A DNA stretch of 64,000 nucleotides, taken from Eledone cirrhosa. Lineage: Eukaryota. The stretch is taken from contig OZ024740.1 of the NCBI GenBank assembly GCA_964016885.1, positions 100,378,001 to 100,442,000 on the forward strand. The letters run 5' to 3'. This document shows positions 24,688 through 38,954 of this stretch, one piece after another. The notes under the pieces were generated by a model that was not told where the DNA came from, ran no database searches, and saw only the letters and a list, made by a program, of their open reading frames with translations. Made by a program: the position numbers and the translations under genes. Each line of letters begins with the position of its first letter. The stretch's first letter is position 1.

Positions 24688-26950
24688 AATAATAATAATT
24701 TCATTTATTAGCCACAAGGGCCGACATGTAGGGGACAATTCAAAGACAGGGACAGTGGGGGTTTACAATAAGGTCGAGTAAAAGTGCACAATGGCAAGAT
24801 TAATTTAACAATGAAGATATACACATATAAAATAAACTACGCATAAATATAACAAAATAAATTCCCCGATAGGGGGTGGACGACCCTGGGGTGATTCAGG
24901 TACCCCACCAATTCTGAACCACCCTGCGCTTCTAGGGCACCCAGGGACCCCTCTCCTCAAGTTAGCTAGCCTATAGGCGCATGGTCAGAGTAGGCCCATA
25001 CACACGGGCCATTCTCGCCACATTCATCCACCTTTTAGACAATATACTGGGAAGCAGCACTTCTCTCTCCACCCTCACCTTCCATTCCAGATCAAACTTG
25101 AAGAAGTTGATGATGGATTGGCCGAAGAGAAAAGTGTCTGTCTTCAGTCCATTTAATCTGGTCCACCATATAACTGCTTTCGTAACTGCCACCAGACAGA
25201 GGAACATTTCCTGCTCTTCCTGACCTAAGGAAGGCGGCGAGTCGATATTCACTATGGACTCGGCCGATAGCCGGATTCGTTCCACACGCGACAGTAGTTG
25301 TTCGACATAACTCCACAAGTCAGTAATGCACAGACATTGGACAAGTGCGTGCAGAACGGTTTCGTCATTCTGTGCGCATCTTGGGCAGGTCCGTCTGACA
25401 GTAATTCCGTGCCTGTAGAGTTTATCCTGAACCGGCAGTTCCCCCCGGTAGCACTGCCAAGCGAGGTGTTTCTGGAAATAGTCCATCGTACCCGGCCCGA
25501 CATTCCTCCGGTACAGACTGGCCAGTTCGACTTCGTCGAAACCCAAAGCTTCTCCGAGTGCGTGTTCGCACTTTCCCACCCCTAATCCTCTATAGAACTC
25601 GAGAGTGGAAGTTACACTGATCGCATTGCCCGCTTGGTAGAGAGCAGTGAGTGCCTGGCAACATTCCAGGTGCCAGTCACCCAGTCTCAGTCTCTTCCTT
25701 ACCCAGGAATGCAGCTCAGTCAAAGAGACGAGCTGCGGAAAGGCCCGTCTGATAAACGGCGACCACACTTGTTCACCGTTTAGGCAGAATATCTGGAGAT
25801 GTCGCAGCCTCAATGCATGTATGTTTGCGCATCATTAGCCACGGCATGCCCAGCCCCGCAGATGGACCGCCTCACCAACGGAACTTGTCCCCTCCACAAG
25901 AATTAGAAGAGGAGCCGTTCCAACTTGACAAGGCGCGGACGGGGGCAAGGCACGACGGTCAGGCCGTAGTAGATGACGGACGCGATGTACGCATTCGCCA
26001 CCTCCGCGCGACCTTTCAGTGATAGCTTCCTCCCAGCCCATTTTTTGGTGAGACTGGCTACTCTGTTCGTTACCTCGTCCCAATTCTTTTCCACCTGGAG
26101 GTCTGGTCCGAACCAAACCCCGAGCGTCTTTACCAGTCCGTCCGTTCATATTCCTTCAAAGAGGTGCCGATCACCTCTATTTCTCAGGTGTCCGACACCA
26201 TTACGGTGATGTCGCCCGCATAAGCCGACACCTCCTTTCCACGTCCCGGTTCGAGCGGGATGCCCTGACACAGCTCCAGCTTCCGCAGTAAAGGCTCGTG
26301 AGTCAATACGTACAGAAGGGAAGAGAGAGAGAGCACCCTTGACGGACCGATTGGGAGAGCCGAAATAGCTCCGAGAGGTGGCCATTAACCTTGACCACCG
26401 AGCGTGTGCCGCTGTGCATTGCAGCGATCCAGCTTCTGAAGACAGGGCAGAAGCCAGCTGCTTTGAGGACAAACTCCACATACCGATGGTCGACCCTATC
26501 GAATACTTTCGATTGATCTAAATTGATCAGTGCCCCACCGAAGCCAGGTTTACACGCTACCCTCCCTATGATGTATCGCATGAGGTGGAGATTGTCGTGG
26601 CTGGGATTGACCTGGCTGGGATTGCGCAAGTTCGCACAAGTGTGCGCCTCCCCAACCAAATCCTCGACAACAAGCGCCAATCTCTTTGCTAACACCTTGG
26701 CCAAAATCTTAAACTCTGTGTTGAGCAGAGTTATGGGCCTGAACTTGTCTAATGTATCCCTCTTGTTCTCGTCTTTCCTTATCAGCGTCAACACTCCCCT
26801 GCTCACAGAACTGGGAATACTCCCATTCTGCTGCCAGTTGCAGTAGAGTGCTTCGAGGAGATCGGAGAACAAGTCTGGCATATTTACATAAAGCTCGTAG
26901 GGCAGGCCATCCAAACTGGGTGACTTGCGCCTCATGCAGCCGACAAGGGC
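24688..26950 (-). mobile_element. L1/Tx1-like LINE, 5'-truncated (RT, CCHC region, 3' UTR)
   Basis: KSPSLDGLPYELY, FRPITLLNTEFKILAK, DQSKVFDRVDH, SVRQGCSLS, KNWDEVT, CPRCAQNDETVLHALVQC; AATAAA and (ATT)n tail at ~24690. Confidence 0.9.
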
Positions 26951-29260
26951 GACTTGCTAGTCACCTCGTTCCAGTTTTTGTCCAGCTGGAGGTCCGGTCC
27001 GAATCAGACCCCGAGCAATTTAACTGGTCCGTCCGTCCACCGCCCCACGACGCTGTCGGACGGCATGGACTTACCTCTCCAGGTGCCGAGCTGCAAGCCC
27101 ACCGACATTTCCTGGTTTATCTTTGCTCCTGTCTCCTTGAGAGCCATGCGGAGCATCTGGACGTGTCTGCTGCTCGATACGACCACGGCTACGTCGTCGG
27201 CGTAAGCCCGTCGGATTTCCCGCACCCTAGTTCGCGTGGGACGCCCCTCATTGCCCCCAGTTTGTGCAGTAATGGCTCGAGAGCCAATACGTACAATAGG
27301 GGCGAGAGGGGACAACCTTGATGGACTGAGCGCATCATGCTGTACGACTGCCACAGGTTCACTCTCACAACTGAGCAGATGTGGCTGTACATTGCAGCGA
27401 TCAAACCCCTGAAAACGGGCCCGAAACTCCCTGCCCCGAGGAACGTCGCCAGGTACCAATGGACGACCCTATTGAATGCTTTGAATTGATCCAAGTTGAT
27501 CAAGGCCCCACCCGTACCAGGTTCCTTAACCACCCTCTCTATGATGTAGTATCGCATGAGGCGGAGGTTGTCGTGTATGGCTAACACCCTGGCCAAAATC
27601 TTGAACTCTGCGTTTAGCAGGGTTATGGGCCTGAAGTTATCGATAACTTCCCCCATGTTCGGGTCTTTTCTCAGCAGTGCCATAGCTCCCCGGCTCACAG
27701 AACTAAGAGTGCTCCCGTTCTGCTGCCAGTTGCAGTAGACGTCTGCCAAGAGGTCACCGAACAACTCTGGCATAAATGCACAAAGCTCGTAGGGCAGACA
27801 ATCCAAACCTGGCGATTTACCCCTCGTGCAGTTAGCCATCGCTTCCCGTATTTCACCAGCTGTTATTGGCTTTTCGCAACACTGTGCTGCGGTCGTCGAG
27901 AGCCGAGGCAGTCCATCGAGGTATGCACTGAAGTCCATACCCCGATCCAGCCCGCCGCTACTCCCGAACAGTTCAGCAAAGTGTTGCTGAAAAGCTTCAC
28001 ACATCTGCTCGGGTTCAAGCAACACGTGCCCGTTTTTGTCAGACAAAGACCGAATTGTGGCTTCGTTGCCACGTCGCGCCTCAGCCACCCAGGCCCATTA
28101 GACGGCTTTTGTCCCCTCGTGTTTTAGAGCACGCGCTCTAGCTCTGACAACGCAGCCTTCGTGTTATGCGTTGAAGAATTGGTCGAGTGCCAATCTCGCC
28201 GCATGCACGTCGTTTGCGATGCCTGTGCTAAACGCCTCTTCTAGCTTTCTGACTAGCTCTCCCTCTACTCTATTTTTCTCTATCACTAGTCCTTTGGTAA
28301 ACCTAATCGACTCTACTTTAATTGCCCTTTTCAGGGCGAACCACCACCTGTCGTTGACGACCGGTCCCGTCAACGCCCGCTTAATTAATACGCTAATCCG
28401 GTCTCTGTAGGCTTTGCGCACCGTGAAAGACGCGTTCAGCTTCCAGTAACCAGGCCCTTGTCTATGGAGTCTGTCTATGTCGATCTCACAGATCACAAAT
28501 TTGTGGTCTGTGTAGTCGACTATTTTAAATTGTGGACAACTTATACTAGCCTTATCTAGTTCTCTGCAGAATACCCTATCGAGATACGATCTGGATGACA
28601 GGATGCAGTTTGTCCATGTCCATGTCCACATTGGCACATTCGGGTGGTCCAGTCGATACCTGTCAGACAATTCAAAACGTCTGAGCAGGTTGGTGAGGCT
28701 CTTGCACCCTCCTCCCTATCCACTAGCCCCACACAATCCCAGCGTGCATCCAAGATACCGTTCCAGTCGCCCACTAACACTAAAGAGCGGGACGTTCCAA
28801 GAAAGGTCTCTAGACGTCTAAAGAAATCTGGCCGTCCTGTCCCTGTCGGGGCATAGACGGCTACTAGCCTGAAAGCGTTGCCTTCAGTGCCGCTTACATC
28901 CAGCACCACCGACTTACCTTCTGGGTCCAGGAAGATGGTCCGTATGGCGAGACCCAAACCTTTCCGAAAAAACACAGCCACTCCGCCCCACGCTCCCGGA
29001 CGGTTCGGAGATGCATACACCTCGTAACCATCGAAGATCGGTGCGAAGGTTTGCGTTTCAGAGATTCTCGTCTCGCTAATGGCCACCACATCTATGTTTA
29101 GTGACCTGAGGTTGTTAAGCAAGTGACCCTGCTTCCAAACCGAGCTCAAGCCACACACGTTTACACTTCCGATCCTGAATACGGCCATGTTGGGTGAGGA
29201 ACGGGGCAAGTGAGAAAGGATCACTTACCTTGATCGTCTGGTGAAGGGACCGTTGAATCG
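26951..29260 (-). mobile_element. L1/Tx1-like LINE ORF2, 5' part (APE endonuclease + RT), 3'-truncated
   Basis: APE motifs RIGSVNVCGL, ISETR, VYAP, GDWN, SYLDR, TDH, GPGYWKLN; RT motifs KSPGLDCLP, QGCPLSP, AYADDV; frameshifted. Confidence 0.92.
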
Positions 29261-29651
29261 TCCCTTCGGCTGGTCGTCGGCTCTCTGTGAGTATATCCGA
29301 GTATACTCTCCGGTTGAGTGTCCCCCCTAGGTCTCTGAAATCACCAACTGCGTTGGGGAATTTCATTTTAATGTTTGTGTATTGTTTCTGTGATATTCTT
29401 ACCAGTCTTATGTTCGTTGGTGTTTTGATTGGTGCTGATATTATGTAGTCGTGCTGTGAAATGTCTGTGTGTTCAATTATGTAGGGCATTAGTTTCTTGT
29501 TGTGTGTATTTATTGCTGTGCATTTCTTTTTCTGGGGGTGGGGTGTGGTTCTGCTATTTTCTTGTCGTTGCTGGGTGTGTGTGTTTTGTTGTTGTGTTTG
29601 CGATGTTGGTACATGTGATGGTGTTGTTGAAGGTCTTGTTGTTGTAACAAC

Positions 29652-29692
<41 letters not shown>

Positions 29693-29696
<4 letters not shown>

Positions 29697-29915
29697 TGAT
29701 AAGATAATTCCTACTATTAAACAAAAAATAAACTTGAGTCTTTGGGATAACACAAACAAGGTAATAAATTAGCCCACTAAGTTAGATGACAACACATTAA
29801 TTAGCTTCATACAATTTGACATAGGCAATTATTATTCCTCTATCTTACCTAACCTTCCAAATAGAGCTTTAATTATGGCAAAATATCGGAGCAATCTAAC
29901 TAAGCAATCTTCCTA
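29693..29915 (+). pseudogene. Penelope-like reverse transcriptase fragment
   Basis: IDKIIPTIKQKINLSLWDNTNKVIN*...SFIQFDIGNYYSSI...NRALIMAK resembles the PLE RT pattern W.NT..VI.WF...FIQFDI..FYPSI. A possible continuation (EHTDISQHDYII) lies inverted at ~29380-29490. Confidence 0.6.
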
Positions 29916-29935
29916 AGGAAAACAATGATAGAATG

Positions 29936-29968
29936 CGTGTGTATGTGTGTGTGTGCGTGTGTGTGGGT

Positions 29969-30047
<79 letters not shown>
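29936..30047. repeat. (GT)n microsatellite
   Basis: Direct reading. Confidence 0.97.
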
Positions 30048-30048
<1 letters not shown>

Positions 30049-30819
30049 TTTATTCCTTGGATTTTCATGATATTGGTAAGGGTTATGTATCCATTTTGTG
30101 ATTCCAATTCTTCTAGATTTTGTTCAATCACATATCTCTCATGTCTCCCTTGAATAGGTACACTATCAAGCAACAACTTACAGCCATTTCTTAACTGGAT
30201 TGCTTCTGCCATTGTCATCTTAATTGAATGTTGTGCTCCACATACCAATTTCATTCTCAATTTGTCTCTTTTCAGAGTGTCATTTGCATTCATAGCATGA
30301 ATCCAGAGGATGTGCACAATGTTAGGATCTCCCTGGTTAAGTGTAATCCACCTAAAATATTCTGTTTGTAACACCACACCAACTATTTTCTTGTACACAG
30401 AGAATTCATTTATCAATAAAACGTATGAGAACACTCTATTTTTTGTTTTATATAGAAATTACCTTAACATTTTCGTGACTATATTTCAAATGGAATAACC
30501 TGTCTTTGTGCTTCAATTATTTTGAAAGTAATCAAAATACTTGAATAATTTAAGTATTAAATAACCAGTCATTATTAAACTGCTGTTTGGAACATAACTT
30601 ATCACAAAAGTTTCTTACATTAAATTATGATGGGGAATTTTTATTTAAATATGGGTACTTTAAAAACAAGGTTGTTTTAAAATGTTATATAACTTTGCCT
30701 TGTTCTCCCCAAAATATTTTTGTAACTCTACGTCTGGGAGAAAATTTCGACCACATTAATAGTCGACCACATTAATAGTCACCATTGCCCTCAGTAGCTA
30801 AATAACTGACTGCTGTTAT

Positions 30820-30990
30820 TGTCGTCGTCGTCATCCTTCTTCTTTTTCTCCTTTTTCTTATACTTCTTCTTTTCCTCCTTTTTCTTATACTTCTTCTTCT
30901 TCTTCTTCTTCTGATACTTCTTCTTCTGATACTTCTTCTTCTCCTTCCTTTTCTTCTTCTTCTTCTGCCTCTGCTGCTACTCCTCTTGTT
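30820..30990. repeat. (TTC)n-rich low-complexity tract
   Basis: Direct reading; accounts for the poly-Arg ORF. Confidence 0.9.
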
Positions 30991-32189
30991 TGCCATTTGC
31001 AGATGTGTTGCAGAGCTGTATGGGATTCATGGATTAGTAACAAATTTTACTGAATTAATTTTTTAAAAAATCCTTTTTAGGTTGTTTTACAAACAGGGAA
31101 CATTGGAACATTAACTTGTCTTTCTCAGAGGAAGATATAAGGTCAGTTTTAGACATCATTTTATTTCACATTTTCTAAAATGTGTTGCATTTATAATAAT
31201 TTTCGATATTTCCTCTACTACAGCTGTAAGAAAGAATAACAAAAAAAAGGAGTGGAACTGAATATGATCCTTTAAACAAGAACAGACTATTAATATTTAA
31301 TTACTCCACAATGAATTTAAAATACGATAAATAGATTTCAAAAGCAATTAATAGAAAAATATTAATGAAACAAATAATATTGTAGCAAATAGAGACAGTC
31401 GTAATTTGGTGTCCAAAAATGTAAATTTATATACCATAAAGAACAACACATTTACATACACATGTCAAATGAAGAAACTATAGAAAACAGCTGTTTTAGT
31501 TTTGCTAACACTACCAGTAATGAGATATTTCTGAACAAGAACCAATTAACTTACAAGGAACCTGTCTGGGAGTATTTTTCTAAGATAAATACAAGAAAAA
31601 TACAAAAGAAAAGTTAGAAGTAGGTCTGGCCAATGTGTGGGGTTATATGTCCTCTATTGGTCAAAGGAAAATTATAGAAATGTGAGCCTGGCTTTTAGAA
31701 TTGAATGTGGAGCAAAGAGTCATCACCCACCTGCAGATACACTAGCACTGTAAAACAAGTTAATGCATAGCATGGCTCTCAACGAATGATATTGGCAATA
31801 ACATTCACCCTTAACTTGTTAACTTTGTATCAGAATATGGGCAGCTGATCAGTGCTAAGGTGGGCAGGAATAATATGTGGTCAGTTGAGATTATAATGAG
31901 CATGTATGCCCTAACGACCATCAAATATCAGACAAATATACAGATGCAGTGCTCCATTGAAAGGAATGGCCATGAGCCTGGTAAAAAGGTAAGAAATGTA
32001 GAAAGGCAAGACAGAAGGCAGTGGCTCAGCATGGTTGGACTCTAATCAATGAAATCACTAAAAGAATAAAAGAATGTCTCAATATATGTAATGTTACTGA
32101 CCTTCCCTTCTTCTAGATAGAGCATTGTTCTGTTATCCACTACATATTTTGCAGCATAACATAATATGAAGGTAATTGTTGTGAGAATG

Positions 32190-32488
32190 ACTCGTGTGAA
32201 TGGGCCCATTTGGAGCATGTGCCTGTAGGCTGGAAATATAGAGGGAGAGCGGAGTGCCCTCCTAGGTTTCTCTTGGAGATGAGGGTGGGTTTGGATTTGT
32301 GGGGATCTTAACGTCACACCCAGGTGGTATCCACCCCTATTGGGGAATTCTGTTGGTGATAATTTTTTTTTGTTTATTTGTTTTATTAATTTTTTACTCA
32401 AATGCATGTAAATCCCCACTGTTCCCATCTTTGTATTGTCCACTATCTTCGGCCCTTGTGGCCAATAATAAAGAAATCATTATTATTA
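32190..32488 (+). mobile_element. Tx1-like LINE 3' end fragment
   Basis: Ends GGCCCTTGTGGCCAATAATAAAGAAATCATTATT, like the tails at 51690-51725 and 24690-24720. Confidence 0.7.
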
Positions 32489-32489
32489 A

Positions 32490-32890
32490 GTGAATTGGCA
32501 GTACCAGCAGAGGGTCGGATGCCATGCTTTCCGGCTTAGTTACTTCTCTTTATGGTCTGAGTTCAAATCCCGTTGAAGTTAACTTTGCCTTTCATCCTTA
32601 CGGGGTCGATAAAATAAAGTACCAGTAATGTACTGGATATTTGCTGGCCTTGTGCCAAAAGTAGCAATTATTAAGGAGGTGTATTGGCAGTATCAGTTGA
32701 GCTTTGCGGCATAGAGTTACGGTCCTTTACCTTCTGAATTCAAGTCTCGCTAATGTTAGCTTAGCTTTTCACCTTTATAGGGTTGATAAAATAAAACACC
32801 AGTAATGCACTGGGGTCAATTAAATTGAATTTCCCCTCCCCTTCAAATTGCTGGCTTTGTGCCTAAAGTTGAAATTATTATTATTATTAT
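32490..32890 (+). mobile_element. Two tandem tRNA-derived MetaSINE-like elements
   Basis: Each has a TTGGCAGTA A-box-like head, a GAGTTCAAATCCC-like B box, a GCCTTTCATCCTTACGGGGTCGATAAAATAAAGTACCAGT-type core and an (ATT)n tail. Confidence 0.85.
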
Positions 32891-32891
32891 T

Positions 32892-35500
32892 ACAGTTGCA
32901 TTTATCTTGCTTTATGTTCATACGAGTTATCACCAAGTCACAACCAGTGACCTCAAGAGACAACAAGGTCCGACATATTCAAGAAAGAATATACATACAC
33001 ACACATGCATCTTTAGGTGTTTAGACTTGTGATGCACTTATATTGACAGAATCTTCCTTAGTATATGGGCAGTTCCCATTAGTACTATATTTTGTATTTC
33101 TCCTATACGCAGGTTTCCTGGGATTTGCGATAAGTAATCATTAGACCCCTTAGGTGTCATTCCTAGAGCACCTACAACCACTGGTATTGTTTTAGTTCTC
33201 AATTTCCACATTTTTCCAATTTCTATCTCCAGGTCCTTATACTTGCTTAATTTTTCAAATGTTTTTATAGATACATTCTTGTCTATTGGAACAGACATAT
33301 CAATTAGCAGGCATACCCTCTTTTAAAAGTCCTTCAGTATTATAGCAGGTGTATTTGCATCTATTTTTCGGTCTTTCTGGATGCTAAAGTTCCACAAGAT
33401 TGAGATGTGATTTTTTTCAAGTATGGGAGGTGATTGATGCTCCCACCAATTCTTTTGATAGGGCAGGTCAAAATGCTTACACATTATACAATGTATTTAT
33501 TGTGCAGCTCTTTCATGCCTGTTTAGGTATTCAGTTGGAGCTATAGGACTGCTCATTGAAATTATATGATCAATGGTCTCTGGTTGTTTTTTACATACAC
33601 GGCAAAATGGGTTGCATCCATTTTTTATTATGTAGGCTTGGTAATTTTTTGTTGGCAGACACTGATCTTGTGCTGATATCCATGTTTTGTTTCATTGATC
33701 ATTTTACTTAATGGTATAAGTGCGATGCAGAATAAAAGCGGTGATAAAGAGTCACCCTGAAAAATTCCACAATTAATATTAACTTCTCCAGCTTCCAGCG
33801 ATTTTGTTTCACTATTCAAAAGGAGTGTCGTTTTCCATGTCTTCATACTGAATGACAAAAACCTCCTGACAACGGGAGATATTTTGAAAATCTCTAAACA
33901 TTTTTCAATCCAACTGTGTGGAAAACTATCGGATGCTTTTTTATAATCTATCCAAACAATTGATAGATTTTTGTGTCTACTATGACAATCCTCCAGTATC
34001 ATTTTGTTAACCAAAAGCTGATCCTTACAGCCATATGAGCCTCGTTTACACCCTTTCTGCTCAATGGGAAATAGGTCATTTGTTATCAGGTGGTCATATG
34101 TATATTCAGTTAGGACTGATGCTAAAATGTTATACATTGTGGTCAAGCAAGTTATCGGTCTGTGATTTATGGGATTGTTTGTCTCATCATTGTGTAGAAG
34201 TTTCTTTGGTTGTTTTTGAACATATTATTGTACTTATAGAATCTAGATCGTTTTTCAAAGCGCCTTATATGAGCAGCTTTGGCCAACACTTTTTGCTTGA
34301 TTATTTCTATCAGCATGTCTATGTCACTTGTTGATTTTATACTGTACTTTCTTTTCAATTTTCTAAGTTTAGTTTGTTTAACATGTTCACCTACTTTATA
34401 GTTTGTTAACATTTCTATGTCAGATCGGAGAAGGTTTATTTGGCGATTGATGTTCTCTTGCCAAGTAGATTTCTTGTGGGAATTCCTTTGTTTTTTCATT
34501 TTCACTCCACATAAGTGAGTGGTCACTTTAGCCGATGCATAATAGAGATGATTTAAATCAGTAATGTTTAGTTTGTTTGCGATGATAATGTTTTTGAGAA
34601 TTATGTTAGTCTTGTGTATTATCTTTTGGTTCTGTTTGGAGTTCTGGATCTTAGGGAGGGTGTCTTGTTCCCCCATGTCAGATTTTTCATTTTCATCCAT
34701 TCGATCATAATTTCATACTTCAAGTTGGCAAGTTCATTCTCATTCATTTCTTTATCATTTACGATCTCATTGTTTTCATTTTGGGTTTCATCTTGAGCAT
34801 GCACTCCCTCACTTTTTTTATCCTTTCTTTAAATTGTTCTGTTGTCAGTGATTCCGCCCCAACCCTGGGATTCGAAGTGTTACAATTTACCTCGTTTTCA
34901 CTGACACAGGTTTCATTTTCCGTTCGCTGACTTTGTGCTAATAGCTTGATCTGATCAATTTCTATATCAGTTAGTAACTTTTTTTTAACAATATTTCTTC
35001 GTATATTGGCTAGTTTGTTACTGTCAATATAGCCTCTGTTTTCGGGATGTTTCTTTTTCCAGTTGATATATGTCTGTTCTGTATTCGATGTATTTGATGG
35101 GTAGTACATGGCAGTGTAGAAAGCCTCAAGGACTTCTTTATTATCTTCCCTTGACCATTTTTCTCTCTTTTTCTTTGGATTTCTTGGTGGTTAGCATGGA
35201 GGGCCAACAGTAGGATTATTCCGGTTATGGGAGGTCTCCAGCTCCGAAGTGATGGGAAGGTTTGAACCATTAGCTGATTTTTCGACCCCAGTCTGGTTCC
35301 TCTCTGAGGGACGCGGCCCTTTTTGACCCGGGTGACGGCCGATCAGGTATGAGATTTTATCATTTGACATTTACTTTATTTTGTCGCGTTTTATCCTTAC
35401 CCGCCAAGGGGTAAACATTTCGTGTTACCATTTCTAGGACGAGTGTCAACCAAGACTAGAGGGATCGTCCTCCCCTAGAGGATACCGCCACCTTCCTCTT
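32892..35500 (-). mobile_element. R4/Dong-like non-LTR retrotransposon (RLE type), internally deleted and decayed
   Basis: N-terminal YINWKKKHPENRGYIDSNKLANIRR; [40 protein letters not shown]; C-terminal EKLSKYKDL...IPVVVGALG. The 3' end abuts (TAA)n. Confidence 0.88.
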
Positions 35501-36209
35501 TCTTAAGTTAACAGAAGGTAGTGGGGGAATAGTGGTGGTAGCAATGAAGGAGTGGTGGCGGCGTTGATGGGATAGTGGTAGTAATGATGGATGGAGTGGT
35601 GGCGGCGGTGACTATAGTGATGGCGTTTTCGTTACTGAGTTTTGTTGTATAGACTGTAGTTTTGTTTGATCTGTGTATGTATGCGGTTTGTCGCGTATGT
35701 TTAATATATGTGTTGACATATTTACTTAATATTGGAATTAAACATTTTGTGAAAACTTGAGACAATAATAATAGTAATTATTATTATTGTGCTGGGATTG
35801 GTGGTGGTGGTGGTGGTGAAATTGCTGTTATCTGGCTGTTGTATTTAGTGTACACAGAGGGGTGATGGGATAGGTGGTGTATCTAGTTTATGGTGTTGGT
35901 GAAATTGCTGCTATTTGGCTGTTCTATATAGTGTAGACAGAGAGGGTTTTTTCTTCCATTTATAACCATTTTCTTTTTTGAATATAAAATTTATAATACA
36001 AAATTGAATATTTGAGCGATATAACAGGATATTATGGATCCGAATTTTCTGAGAGTTGAGTCTGGTGCTTTATGTATCATTTGTACTAAGAATTGTTATA
36101 TCACAATTGTTTTAAATATGTTAAAAATCAAAAACTTACGGGAGCGATTTCATGACCTTCTATCCAGCACGTGCGTCTTCTTCTTCTTATTATTATTATT
36201 ATTATTATT

Positions 36210-38895
36210 GTTCTTTGAGTCTCAGTCATTGATGTTAGTTAACTGGAAAGTTTGTTGAAATGAATATAAAGCCACTACCTGCAGCCTCAGATATTCAGGA
36301 CATATCGGAGGGTTCTTGCTGTTCCCAGCAAGCATGCCTATTGAAGCGTTTCAAAAAGCGTGAAGGGGCCAATTTTCTTTAACCATCCCTGGAAATCTTT
36401 TTGAGATAGTACCTAGTGCGCCTATGAAAATCGGGACCACTTTGACTTCATGGCAGTTCCAAATCCTTTTTACCTCCCACTTTAAGTCCTGGTATCGGTT
36501 AATTTTCTCCCTCTCCTTCTCTTGCACTCTCGTGTCGAATGGGCAGGCCTCATCCACAATAAGCAGGATCTTTTTTCTTTGTCCAAAACCACCAGGTCAG
36601 GTCTATTGTCTTCCAGTTTCTTTTCCGTCTGTATCCTAAAATCCCACAGAACCTTCACCTGATCGTTTTCTATCACCGACTCTGGCTTATGCTCAAATTG
36701 TTTACTTTGCATAGGTGCCAGTGGATGACCCTGCCCATCACATCATGACTCCAGCCCTTATAGTGAGTCTGGGCTAGGTGTTTACACTCGGATACAATGT
36801 GAGCCACAGTCTCCTCTCTCCCTCTACAGATCCTGCACAGTGGGCTAGCCTCCTCCTTGTAAATATGGTGTTTCAACCACTTCGTTTTGAGGGCCTGCTC
36901 TTGCGCAGCCATTAACATTCCTTCTGTAGCCTTTTTAAGGTCTCCTCTTTTCAACCAGTTCCATGTCTGTGGATCTCTGAATTCAGTTTTCTCAAAGAAG
37001 GTACTATGAAGGGATTTTTCATGAAGGCTGCTCTTTCTCCTTGTTGTTATTTCCTCCTTGGACATCCCCTGGTCTATTGTCCTCTCCTTCAGTACAGTTC
37101 TGAGCATTGGCTCCTTACTATCAGTCACGTATTTGTGTAGGTTGTTTTTCTCCATCTGAACACAGTCCTCTATGCTGACAAGACCTCTTCCACATTCAGA
37201 TCTCCTTAAGTAGAGTCTATCGACATCACTCCTCTTGTGGAACATGTTGTAGATAGTCAATAAATTCCTAGTCTTCCTATCCATTTCTGTTTGTTCAGCA
37301 ACATTCCATCTCAGAATTCCCGCACTGTACCTACTAATAGACACAGCTCAGGAATTTACTGCACTTATGGCATTCCTAGTGTTCAGATGTGACTTTAATA
37401 CGTTCCTTACACTCCGAATGTATTCAGATCTTATCAATTCCTTCATTTTTTTGTTCTTGATATCATCAGCCTCCAGAACACACAAATATTTGTATCCTTC
37501 TTCAGTGTCAATTTCCTTTATCATCTCACCTGTTGGTACCTGGATTCCGTTGCTTCTGCTCAATTTACCTCTCTTCATCACAAGGACTCCACACTTACTA
37601 ATACCAAATTCCATATATATATCATTGCTGAGAATACAGGCAGTGTCAACAAGCACATCCAACTCCTTCTCACTCTTCCCGAAGAGCTTAAGATCGTCCC
37701 TGAAGAGGAGGTGATTGATGGTAAGCTCTCCCTTTCCCAACTTGTATCCTGCTCTCACTTTTCACAGTATAATGGTCAGGGGCATCAGGGCAAGGACAAA
37801 CAACAGAGGGGACAGACTATCTCCCTGGAAGATACCTCTCTTGATCTTCATGCCTCCCAAAGATTCTCCAGCTGATGTTAACTCTGTTTTCCAGGACTTC
37901 ATACTTTTTCCCAACAACTGTCTGATGTTATCTGCCACCTTGAAGATCTCTAGGCTTTTGGTGATCCAAGAATGAGGTACCATGTCGAATGCCTTTTTGT
38001 AGTTTATCCATCCCATGGCAAGACCAGTGTGTCTCCTCTTGCAATTCCTCATTACCATCTTATCAATAAGTAACTGGTCCTTTGTACCATGGGACTTCTT
38101 TCGGCATCCTTTCTGTTCATCCGGTAACAAGTTGTTTGTGTGGAGGTGATGGTAGATTTCCTCAGACATAATGCTTGTCGACAGTTTCCACATTACGGGC
38201 AGACATGTGATAGGTCTATAGTTGGTAACATCATTACCCTTGATTCGGTCTTTCATTACCAGAACTGTGGTACCTTTTGTCAACCACTCTGGTACCTCAT
38301 CTGACATCAAGCAGTCATTGAACATGGTTGTCAGTGGAGGGATGTTATATTTTTAATCCAATACCCCTGCACACCATCTGGGCCTGGTGATTTCCAGTTG
38401 GTTAGTTTTTTGGCCTGCCCCTTAAGGGTTTCAACTGTGATACTCAAATCAGTTTGTTGGTGTGCCTGTTCACTAATCTCCTTTTGTACTGTCTCAATCT
38501 ACACTGCCTGGTCATTATGTTTAACATCCTGCTCCCATATTCCTCTCCAGAATGTCTTAGTTTGTTCCGCCTCAGGGATCAAGTCGTTGCCTCTTTCTTT
38601 CCCTTCAAGCTGTCCAAACAGCATCTACTGGTTGTTGTCAAACATGCGGTTCTGTCTATACTGACTGACTCTGCTCTCGTATCACCTAATTTTTGCACTC
38701 TTTGCTACAATGCATTGCTTCAGTTCCTCTATGATAATATTTAGCTTTTTCCTCCTAGTTTTGTACTTTATTTCCAGTCTATTTTTAGTGTCTATGTTTT
38801 TTAGTGTCCTATTCAGTAGGGACTCAAGCTTTCCAATGTCATTTCTCATTTCCCTGATTTGACCATTCAGTCGTTTCTTCCACCAAGGCTCTGAT
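36210..38895 (-). mobile_element. R4/Dong-like non-LTR retrotransposon, 5'-truncated (family 2, copy 1)
   Basis: [49 protein letters not shown]...HIVSEC zinc knuckle, NRPDLVV...ACPFD RLE. Flanked by (TTA)n on both sides. Confidence 0.92.
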
Positions 38896-38911
38896 TTATT
38901 ATTATTATTAT

Positions 38912-38952
<41 letters not shown>

Positions 38953-38954
38953 TT

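Noticed and set aside
29913-30434. 173-aa ORF
   Set aside because: Ends in an (AC)n tract; the remainder is at best a decayed LINE C-terminus.
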